Assembly (NCBI GenBank): GCA_027320085.1
Contig: DAHVLZ010000006.1
Location: 1-11,046 of the forward strand
Reading direction: 5' to 3'
Source of the DNA: Pseudomonadota bacterium
GTDB lineage: Bacteria > Pseudomonadota > Gammaproteobacteria > JAKAQQ01
DNA: 11,046 bases
Positions 1-6,586 of this stretch are shown here, piece after piece (position 1 is the first letter of the stretch; every line of letters begins with the position of its first letter). Under the pieces are notes generated by a model. That model was given only the letters and a program-made list of their open reading frames with translations. It was not told the DNA's origin and searched no databases. The position numbers and the translations under genes are program-made.

Positions 1-81
1 CGAGTAACCTTGATCCAGCAAGCGCAGCGCCTGACGGCGCCGCGCCTCGATCACCTCTGCAGATCCAGCCGGTCTGGCCAT
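1..81 (-). CDS. Transposase N-terminus (partial), IS630-family helix-turn-helix region
   Basis: Hand translation from ATG 81: MARPAGSAEVIEARRRQALRLLDQGYS..., open to the window edge. It matches the typical 'E.RR..A..LL..G.S' helix preceding the HTH of IS630-type transposases. Only 27 codons are visible. Confidence 0.72.
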   Translation of the reverse strand, partial: MARPAGSAEVIEARRRQALRLLDQGYS

Positions 82-110
82 GCCTGTGCGCCTTCAAGGA
101 ACAGACGGCT

Positions 111-138
111 ATTATTGCATTATTTACGAGACGGTCAA
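111..138 (-). promoter_or_regulatory. Candidate transposase promoter within the IS terminal repeat
   Basis: Minus strand TTGACC (138-133), 16-bp spacer, AATAAT (116-111), upstream of the ATG at 81. Confidence 0.35.
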
Positions 139-582
139 TAAGCCAACGGTCACCGTCGAGACCACCGTGTCGGTGGCCGCATCGATCACCGAAACGGTAT
201 TGCCGCCACCGTTTGCGACATAGACCCGGCTGCCATCCGGACTCACCGCGACGCCATAGGGAACTGCGCCAACATTCACCGTCGCCACCACCGTGCCGGT
301 GGCCGCATCGATCACCGAAACGGTGTTGCTGCCAAAGTAGTTTGTGACATAGGCCCGGCTGCCATCCGGACTCACCGCGACGATAAAGGGGTCTGTGCCA
401 ACGGGCACCGTCGAGTCCACCGCGTCGGTGGCCGCATCGATCACTGAAACGGTTTTGCTGTTTTGGTTGGCAACATAGACTTGGGGGGCGGCCCCGGCAG
501 CGCGGACCATCACGCCCGACAGCAACAGTAACACCACAGCAGGCAAAAGCCCCTGATACAGGGAGAATAGGGGAAGTTTCAT
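124..582 (-). pseudogene. Secreted YVTN-family (YncE-like) beta-propeller repeat protein, 5' part, truncated by the IS
   Basis: ATG at 582 with a GGAGGA RBS (596-591). Hydrophobic signal peptide (LLPAVVLLLLSGVMVRAAGAA), then repeats YVANQNSKTVSVIDAAT / AVSPDGSRAYVTN..TVSVIDAAT / GVAVSPDGSRVYVAN..TVSVIDAAT. Only about 3 blades are present, and the last codons (LTVS*) derive from the putative IS end. Confidence 0.85.
171..476. repeat. Intragenic tandem repeats of 126-129 bp encoding YVTN blades
   Basis: CGGTGGCCGCATCGATCAC(C/T)GAAACGGT starts at 171, 297 and 426. CCCGGCTGCCATCCGGACTCACCGCGACG occurs twice (225 and 354). Confidence 0.92.
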
Positions 583-650
583 GATGCTGCTCCTCCGTTG
601 ATCCACCGGCTTGCGGTATAAAGACTGGTTTTTCCCAAGCTTGACCTTAA

Positions 651-680
651 CCTATAGCACCTTCCAGATCAGGGCGTCAA
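651..680 (-). promoter_or_regulatory. Candidate sigma70 promoter for the YVTN gene
   Basis: Minus strand TTGACG (680-675), 18-bp spacer ending in TGC, then TATAGG (656-651). Confidence 0.35.
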
Positions 681-742
681 ATGGCTGCCTTACCGGCGGT
701 TTTTCCCCGGCAGGAGCCGGCGGGACGGAGTCCCCCCGGGCT

Positions 743-748
743 TATAAT
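743..748 (+). promoter_or_regulatory. Candidate -10 box for mpl
   Basis: Perfect TATAAT in GC-rich context, 24 bp before the mpl ATG. No clear -35. Confidence 0.45.
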
Positions 749-772
749 CACGTTTGGCCGGTGGGGAATCCC

Positions 773-2143
773 ATGCGCATCCACATTCTCGGAATCTGCG
801 GCACCTTCATGGCGGGAGTGGCGCAGTTGGCCGTGGCTCTCGGCCATGAGGTCTCCGGATCCGATCGCCAGTACGTTCCACCCATGAGTGGGCAACTCGA
901 GCGGGCGGGGGTGCGGCTGTGTCCTCCCGGGTATCGGCCCGAGAATCTCGATCCCGCGCCGGATCTCGTCCTGGTCGGCAATGCGCTCGTTCGGGGCAAT
1001 CCCGAACTCGAGGCCGTCCTGGACCGTCGCCTGCCTTATGACTCGGGTCCGGCGTGGCTGGCCCAGACCGTGCTGCGTTCGCATCGCGTCATCGCCGTGG
1101 CCGGGACGCACGGCAAGACCACGACGAGTGCGCTCATCGCCTACCTCCTGGACCAGGCGGGAGCCGATCCGGGCTTTCTCATCGGTGGGGTGCCCTCGGA
1201 TTTCCCGGTCTCGGCCCGGCTCGGATGCGGTCGCTGGTTCGTGATCGAGGGCGATGAGTACGACACCGCCTTCTTCGACAAGCGGCCCAAGTTCCTCCAC
1301 TACCGGCCCTGGATCACGGTGCTCAACAACCTGGAGTTCGATCATGCCGACCTCTATCCGGATCTGGAAAGCCTGGAGGCGGTTTTCCACGAGCTCGTCC
1401 GCAGTCTTCCCGGAGCCGGCCACCTCATCGTGAATGGGGCGGATCCGGCACTGGCGCGGGTGCTCGCCCGCGGGGGTTCGACACCGGTCACGCGGTGCCT
1501 CGCAGGTCCCGGGGCCTGGCGGGTCGAGGCGCTGGATGGGGGGGCTCGAAGCTTCCGGGTGATGCATCCGGACGGGGCGCTGGGTCCCGTTCACTGGAAC
1601 CTTCGCGGAAGCCATAATCTCGCCAATGCCGTCTCCGCCCTGGCTGCGGCCGGGGCGGCGGGCATCGATCCCGACCGGCTGACCCCGGCCCTCGAGCATT
1701 TCCGGGGAGTCAAGCGAAGGCTCGAGGTCGTGGCCGAAGGGGGCGGGATCCGGATCTACGACGACTTCGCCCATCATCCGACCGCCATTGCCGCCACGCT
1801 CGGGACCCTCCGTGCGGAGTCGGCGTCCGGTCGCCTCATCGCCGTGTTCGAGCCCCGCTCGAACAGCATGAAGCGGGGCGTGTACGGGGCTACCCTGGCG
1901 GCCGCTTTCGGACCGGCGGATGTTCTTTATGCCTACGATCCGGGGCTCGAGTGGAAGGTCGGTGACGTGCTGGGACCTGCGGCCCGGATCTTCCATGAGC
2001 CCAGGGAGATTCTCGGGGCACTCCGGGACGAGATCCGCCCGAAAGACCAGGTCGTGTTCCTGAGCAACGGAGATTTCGCGGGAACCCGGGAAAAGCTCTT
2101 CTCCGCACTCCGGGCGTTCCTGGCCGGCCGTCCCCCACCCTGA
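773..2143 (+). CDS. mpl: UDP-N-acetylmuramate:L-alanyl-gamma-D-glutamyl-meso-diaminopimelate ligase (murein peptide ligase)
   Basis: The diagnostic start MRIHILGICGTFMAG places the true ATG at 773, not 611. P-loop AVAGTHGKTTT, GFLIGG, EGDEYDTAFFDKRPKFLHY, NNLEFDHAD, DDFAHHPTAI, EPRSNSMK and SNGDF are all Mpl signatures. Confidence 0.97.
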   Translation: MRIHILGICGTFMAGVAQLAVALGHEVSGSDRQYVPPMSGQLERAGVRLCPPGYRPENLDPAPDLVLVGNALVRGNPELEAVLDRRLPYDSGPAWLAQTVLRSHRVIAVAGTHGKTTTSALIAYLLDQAGADPGFLIGGVPSDFPVSARLGCGRWFVIEGDEYDTAFFDKRPKFLHYRPWITVLNNLEFDHADLYPDLESLEAVFHELVRSLPGAGHLIVNGADPALARVLARGGSTPVTRCLAGPGAWRVEALDGGARSFRVMHPDGALGPVHWNLRGSHNLANAVSALAAAGAAGIDPDRLTPALEHFRGVKRRLEVVAEGGGIRIYDDFAHHPTAIAATLGTLRAESASGRLIAVFEPRSNSMKRGVYGATLAAAFGPADVLYAYDPGLEWKVGDVLGPAARIFHEPREILGALRDEIRPKDQVVFLSNGDFAGTREKLFSALRAFLAGRPPP

Positions 2144-2242
2144 CCCGATCCATTTCCCGCTTCCGCTGTCGCTGACTGGTTTTTTCTCCCGCCGGATACG
2201 ACCTTGCCTTTGTGGTTGGCCTTGCTCATTGGGCTCATCCGA

Positions 2243-2279
2243 TTGCCGTCGCAAATGAAAGCATATATGCTATCATTTG
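2243..2279 (+). promoter_or_regulatory. TA operon promoter overlapped by a 28-bp inverted repeat (probable antitoxin operator)
   Basis: CAAATGAAAGCATATATGCTATCATTTG (2252-2279) is palindromic except for one base pair. It contains TATGCT (2266-2271), 17 bp after TTGCCG (2243-2248), and an extended -10 TGcTATCAT (2268-2276). Confidence 0.75.
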
Positions 2280-2283
2280 ATCC

Positions 2284-2703
2284 GTGATCAAACTGGTCAT
2301 TGATACCAATGTTTTCGTGGCTGCCATGCGGGCGGAAGGTGGTGCCTCCCGAGAGGTGCTACGGCGTGTCCTGCAAGGCCGCTATACCCCCTTGCTTGGG
2401 AACGCCTTGTGGCTGGAATACGAGGATGTGCTGGGCCGCCCGATCTGGACTCCGGCGACCACCGATGACGAACGCCGGGCGATCATGGCGGCCCTCGCCA
2501 GCAAGGGAAAGTGGGTCTCCATCTATTACGGATGGAGACCCAACCTGCCGGACGAGGGGGACAACCATCTGGTCGAGCTGGCAGTGGCGGGCGGTGCGGC
2601 CGCCATCGTCACACATAACGTGGCGGATTTGCGTGAGGGAGGGATGGCCTGGCCAGAACTGCGCATCTTGACGCCACCGGAATGTTGGGAGGTGTTCTCA
2701 TGA
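2284..2703 (+). CDS. PIN-domain putative toxin (VapC-like, PIN_3 type)
   Basis: 139 aa with GTG start. N-terminal LVIDTNVFVAA, LWLEYEDVL, LPDEGDNHLVELAVAGGA and IVTHNVADL supply the acidic PIN catalytic residues. Confidence 0.92.
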   Translation: MIKLVIDTNVFVAAMRAEGGASREVLRRVLQGRYTPLLGNALWLEYEDVLGRPIWTPATTDDERRAIMAALASKGKWVSIYYGWRPNLPDEGDNHLVELAVAGGAAAIVTHNVADLREGGMAWPELRILTPPECWEVFS

Positions 2704-2921
2704 GCACATTAACGATACGCATGCCGGCCGACAAGGCGGAACGGCTGAAGGCGCTGGCCCGCAGGAGAGGGGTCAGCATGAACAAGCTTTTCGAAGAATG
2801 GGCGGCCCAGGCGCTCGCCGAATCAGACGTGGAGTGCCGCTTTCGCGCCCTGGCTGTGAAAGGGGACTCGCAGACGGCATTGCAGGTGCTCGAGCGGCTG
2901 GATGCTGAAGCCGGTCGGTGA
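2700..2921 (+). CDS. Ribbon-helix-helix (CopG/HicB-like) antitoxin
   Basis: ATG overlaps the toxin stop (ATGA 2700-2703), with RBS GGAGGT at 2688-2693. MSTLTIRMPADKAERLKALARRRGVSMNKLFEE is a strand-helix-helix pattern. 73 aa. Confidence 0.88.
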   Translation: MSTLTIRMPADKAERLKALARRRGVSMNKLFEEWAAQALAESDVECRFRALAVKGDSQTALQVLERLDAEAGR

Positions 2922-2977
2922 CCTGAGGAGATGGCCGGCCACCCCTTCCCTGATTCCTCCGGTGACCCCCGTTTCCG

Positions 2978-3859
2978 ATGTCCCTGATTGAGTTGTTTTT
3001 CCCCCCGCAGGCGATCTGGCCCTGGTGGATGGCCGTGCTCACCCTCCTCGTCGGGTGGTGGTACCAGCGGGGGGTCCGGACGCTCGAGTCGCACGTCCGT
3101 CCGGTTTCCAAAGCCCGCCGGTTCTGGACCCGGGCCGGGATCCTCATTGCGTTCCTGGCCGTGATCCCCCCGATCGACTCGGTGGCCGGGTCCCTCTACG
3201 TCGTGCACATGCTCCAGCATTTCCTGCTCGAGATGGTGGCGCCCTTCTGTCTTGCGCTCGGTGCCCCGCTCGCTCCCCTGATTGCGGGGTTTCCCCGGAC
3301 CCTCCGTCACCGACTCCTCGTGCCGCTCACCCGCTTCCGTCCCCTCCAGAGGCTCTACCGGATCTGGATCCATCCCCTGGGAGCGGCCCTGATGTTTGCC
3401 GGCGTCTGCGGTTTCTGGCTGCTGCCGGGCCCGTTCACCGCCACCGTCCGTTCCGGGACCATCGATGACCTCTGCCACGCCACCCTGCTCTTGGTTGGAC
3501 TGTTCTTCTGGTGGATGGTGCTGGATCCGAGGACCCGCCGGCCGCGCGACTACCTGGTCCATTTCGTCGTCCTCATGGCGCTCATGAATTTCTTCATCCT
3601 GATTGCGGCCTACATCACGATGACACCCCACAATCTCTATCCGGTCTACGACCTGACGAGCCGCGCCTGGGGTCTGCCGGAGCAGGTCGATCAGCAGTGG
3701 GGCGGACTTCTACTCTGGATCCCGGGATCGCTGATCCACGTGCTCGGCGCACTCATCATCTTTCACCGCTGGATCCAGGACGATGCCCGGCGCCGGTCGG
3801 ACCCGGTGCGAAGGCCGGGTGTTCCCCCGGATTCCCGGATCACCCGGGCCTTTCCCTGA
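2978..3859 (+). CDS. Cytochrome c oxidase assembly protein, Caa3_CtaG family (membrane protein)
   Basis: About 7 hydrophobic segments. Motifs PIDSVAGSLYVVHMLQHFLLEMVAPFCLALGAP, HATLLLVGLFFWWMVLDP and DQQWGGLLLWIPG are typical of Bacillus CtaG-like proteins. Confidence 0.88.
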   Translation: MSLIELFFPPQAIWPWWMAVLTLLVGWWYQRGVRTLESHVRPVSKARRFWTRAGILIAFLAVIPPIDSVAGSLYVVHMLQHFLLEMVAPFCLALGAPLAPLIAGFPRTLRHRLLVPLTRFRPLQRLYRIWIHPLGAALMFAGVCGFWLLPGPFTATVRSGTIDDLCHATLLLVGLFFWWMVLDPRTRRPRDYLVHFVVLMALMNFFILIAAYITMTPHNLYPVYDLTSRAWGLPEQVDQQWGGLLLWIPGSLIHVLGALIIFHRWIQDDARRRSDPVRRPGVPPDSRITRAFP

Positions 3860-3932
3860 AGGGATCGGGCCGGTGCCGGTGTACTCCTGGCATCACCGGA
3901 AGTCCGGGTCTCGGGGAAACCCGGGGTGAGAC

Positions 3933-4325
3933 TCACCGAGCACCGCCCGCGGCCGAGAATGCGGCGCTGAACTCGTCGGGTTTCCCCCCGGCGATGAGCA
4001 CCAGTTTGTCCCGTGCCCCGGACCCTGCCAGAAACGCCAGGCGGGATGCGCGGATGCCGAGCCAGGAGGCGAGAGCCTCGAGCACGGCTTGGTTGGCGCG
4101 GCCGTCCACCGGAGGCGCCGTGACGGCCAGCTTGAGGCGTGCAGGCGGCCAGCCGGGCGTCCCCGGGGCTTTGACGATCGGGCCGAGACGCGGCCGGCGC
4201 GCACCGGGCTGGACCTTGAGCGCGACTTGGAGGCCCGCCGCGCTCTCCTGCCAGAAAGGCAGCCCTGCCGTTGCCGCCGCCGGTCCGGCATCCCGGGTCG
4301 CAAATGATGGATCGGCTTTCGTCAT
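3933..4325 (-). CDS. DUF167 / UPF0235 (YggU-like) protein
   Basis: ATG 4325 with GAGGGA RBS. LKVQPGARR, LKLAVTAPPVDGRANQAVLEALASWLG and LAGSGARDKLVLI are DUF167 hallmarks. 130 aa. Confidence 0.88.
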   Translation of the reverse strand: MTKADPSFATRDAGPAAATAGLPFWQESAAGLQVALKVQPGARRPRLGPIVKAPGTPGWPPARLKLAVTAPPVDGRANQAVLEALASWLGIRASRLAFLAGSGARDKLVLIAGGKPDEFSAAFSAAGGAR

Positions 4326-4788
4326 CGAGCAGTCCCTCGGGTCGTGAAGCGGCCGGCCCCGAAAGAAGCCGGTTCCGGCCTGATCGTGCATTCCGTTCCG
4401 TGACACGGGAAGATACCGCTTCACACCGGTCAGGACAAGTGAACCCAGCCGGTTCCGTGAGCTTGGCCCCTCCACCGGATCGGCGAGCGGAGGCGGGGGT
4501 GCGCGAGGGTGGCAGTGAAGATGCTGGCCGGGGAATCGGGCATAAAGTCAGTCGCCGACCAATCCTCGAGAGCGCTGACTGTCCCCCTTCGTCCGTCTTC
4601 TTCGTGCCTTGTTTCAGGCTGGGTTGGGCAGGCTGATGCGAGGCCGGTTTTCCGCGAACGCCGACTGATCCGGATCACCACGTTGATCCCCACCGGTTGT
4701 GAAACCTCGTGGTCATCCGGCCCGATCAGGCCTGCCGCCTGTGGATGCGGGGCCTTGCGCCAGAAACCTCAGGCCGGATGGGAACCGG

Positions 4789-4850
4789 TATACTGCGAAG
4801 GCTCCGGGTGCGGGCGAGCCCGCTCCTGCCGGAAGGATGTTGAAAGGAGG
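4789..4850 (+). promoter_or_regulatory. Candidate -10 box, leader hairpin and strong Shine-Dalgarno upstream of the capsule locus
   Basis: TATACT at 4789-4794. Stem GCGGGC-GA-GCCCGC (4810-4823) lies inside TCCGG/CCGGA (4803-4833). AAAGGAGG at 4843-4850. Confidence 0.45.
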
Positions 4851-5056
4851 AAAGCGCGTGCATGACCGTTGCGGTCTTCTCGCCCACCGCGGCCTTGTGT
4901 GTCCTCCCGGCGGGGCCATGGGCTCGGCCGGGTTCGGGTCTTCCAGAGCCGTCCTTCCCCGATCCGGGGAGCGTGTCGACCTCACCATGTGGCCGATCGG
5001 TCTCCTGCGTCAGGGGGGGCGATTCCCCGGTTTTTCATTTGGACCGTGAACCCGAG

Positions 5057-6586
5057 ATGACCCGTGAGGCGCCTCGGGGATGCGTGAAAAACGGATCCGC
5101 CCCGCTCGTCTGGGGTGCCTTCCTCCTGATCCTGCTCTGCCGGATCCCCGTCGCACGGGCGGATCCCTGGGCCTCTCCCGGCGAAGTCGGCGTCCGCAAC
5201 GACATCGAGATCCTGGTTGACTCCGGGGTCATCGACATCCCGGTCACAACCTGGCCGATCCCGTGGGGATCGGTGGCCCATGCCCTCCGGCGGGTTCATC
5301 CCGGGACCCTCTCTCCCCTCGAGCGTGAGGCCTACGACGAGCTCGAGCGCCACATCGAAAGGGTCGAGGGGGGGGGCAATCACCTGGGTTACAAGGTCGC
5401 GCTCGCGCCGGGCCGGCCTTCGATGAACTGGTTCGGCCAGACGACCCGGGGCAAGGAGGAGGCCGGGGTTTCGGATTCGGGGACGGCAGGCATCCTGGCC
5501 TACCGGCTGAATGTCCTCGGGGTGTACGGGTCGCGCGACCACCAGCGGGGCCGGCTCGACGGGAGCTACCTCGCCCTGGCCCTCGGCAATTGGATCGTGA
5601 GCGCAGGGGAGGTCAACCAGTGGTGGGGTCCCGGCTGGGGCGGCAGTCTCATCCTCGGGGACAACTCGCGGCCGCCGCTCGGGGTGAGTCTCACCCGCGA
5701 CGTTCCCTACCGGTTCCGGACCCCGTGGCTCTCCTGGCTCGGCCCGTGGACGATCAGCTTCTTCAACGACCGGCTGGACGAGGCGACCGCGATCGCCCAC
5801 CCCTGGCTTTTCGGGGAGCGCTTCGCCTTCCGCCCCTTCCGCTCGCTCGAGATCGGATTCTTCCGCACCGCGATCTGGGGCGGGGCCGGGCAGCCCCAGG
5901 GTTTTGGCGGGTTTTCCCAGATCCTCTTCTTCCACCCGACGGGCTATGGATCACTCGTGGGGGACAACCGGGCCGGGGCGGATTTTCGCTGGAGTTTTTC
6001 GCTTGCCGGGCAGCACTTCACCTTCTACAACCAGGATCTGGCCGAGGGCCTCGCGCACGAACTCGGCGGACTCCTCTTCATCCACGACTTCATCGGCCAG
6101 GCCGGGCTTTCCACCTGGGGGCCGATCGGGAATGACGGAGGGAACTACCGGGCCTTTCTCGAGTATGCGAACACGACCACGGGTTTCCTCTCGACCCAGG
6201 GGCTCTTCTACGATGTGGCCTACCAGAGCGGGATCTATCTCAACGGTTACCGCTACCGGGGCGTGGTTCTCGGCTATCCCACGGACAGCGACAGCGAGCT
6301 TTGGACCGGGGGTCTCATGCTCGAGGGGCTGAACGGCGGTATCCTGACCTTCCTCATCCGTCACGGCACCCTCAACCTCGGCAATGTCCAGACTCCCCCC
6401 GACGAAGGCAATACCTACGCCCCGGTGCGCACGGCCTTCGACGAGTTCGATGTCTACTTCCGTCCCGCCTTCTGGGGACGTGCGCTCGAGCTCGGGCTCG
6501 GCGTGACCCGCTGGGCACCCACGGGTCTTCCGGTCGAGATCAGCCCTGATGCCTTTGTCGGATGGGAGGTGAACTTCCGTGAATGA
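5057..6586 (+). CDS. wzi: Capsule assembly Wzi family outer-membrane beta-barrel protein
   Basis: Signal peptide ending VARA, then DPWASPG..RNDIEILVDSGVI..PVTTWPIPW, LDGSYLALALGNW, QWWGPGWGGSLILGDNSRP, WLSWLGPWT, EIGFFRTAIWGG, YLNGYRYRG..LG...DSD and an aromatic terminal strand GWEVNF. The start is uncertain (ATG 4862, ATG 5057 or GTG 5084). Confidence 0.88.
   Translation: MTREAPRGCVKNGSAPLVWGAFLLILLCRIPVARADPWASPGEVGVRNDIEILVDSGVIDIPVTTWPIPWGSVAHALRRVHPGTLSPLEREAYDELERHIERVEGGGNHLGYKVALAPGRPSMNWFGQTTRGKEEAGVSDSGTAGILAYRLNVLGVYGSRDHQRGRLDGSYLALALGNWIVSAGEVNQWWGPGWGGSLILGDNSRPPLGVSLTRDVPYRFRTPWLSWLGPWTISFFNDRLDEATAIAHPWLFGERFAFRPFRSLEIGFFRTAIWGGAGQPQGFGGFSQILFFHPTGYGSLVGDNRAGADFRWSFSLAGQHFTFYNQDLAEGLAHELGGLLFIHDFIGQAGLSTWGPIGNDGGNYRAFLEYANTTTGFLSTQGLFYDVAYQSGIYLNGYRYRGVVLGYPTDSDSELWTGGLMLEGLNGGILTFLIRHGTLNLGNVQTPPDEGNTYAPVRTAFDEFDVYFRPAFWGRALELGLGVTRWAPTGLPVEISPDAFVGWEVNFRE

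Larger units (their letters stand above)
1..138 (-). mobile_element. Left end of a probable IS630-family insertion sequence (continues off the left edge of the window)
   Basis: The minus strand reads TA|TTGACCGTCTCGTAAATAATG starting at the TA at 140-139, exactly where the YVTN repeat register breaks. An ORF resembling an IS630 transposase N-terminus starts 57 bp inside. IS630/Tc1 elements target and duplicate TA. The other end is not visible. Confidence 0.75.

Noticed and set aside
171-453. Regularly spaced ~28-bp repeats as a CRISPR array or DGR template/variable repeat
   Set aside because: The period is 126-129 bp and in frame, the intervening DNA is itself homologous, differences are not adenine-specific, and no cas or reverse transcriptase gene is present.
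611-772. 54-aa N-terminal extension of Mpl in the ORF track
   Set aside because: Mpl homology starts at MRIHILG (773), and a TATAAT box lies inside the supposed extension.
623-2184. 11-bp direct repeat GACTGGTTTTT (623-633 and 2174-2184) flanking mpl
   Set aside because: Matches of this length are expected by chance in 11 kb, and mpl is a core gene with no recombinase nearby.
677-2254. Long antisense ORFs (677-2254, 2609-3631, 4982-5935, 7501-8676, 9010-10029, 10174-10815)
   Set aside because: These are stop-poor mirror frames of GC-rich genes with no recognisable motifs.
3860-3932. Possible bidirectional terminator between the CtaG and DUF167 genes
   Set aside because: Only short GC stems (e.g. 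CGGGG-AAA-CCCCG) are present, with no U-tract on either strand.
4271-4865. Track ORFs 4271-4636, 4430-4693 and 4509-4865 as genes
   Set aside because: They overlap each other, lack clear RBSs or motifs and have composition typical of non-coding GC-rich frames.
4326-5056. JUMPstart/ops element, c-di-GMP riboswitch, SRP RNA, 6S RNA or tRNA upstream of wzi
   Set aside because: I found no GGCGGTAG ops core and no adequate match to those RNA consensus motifs by eye. An Rfam scan would be needed to exclude them fully.
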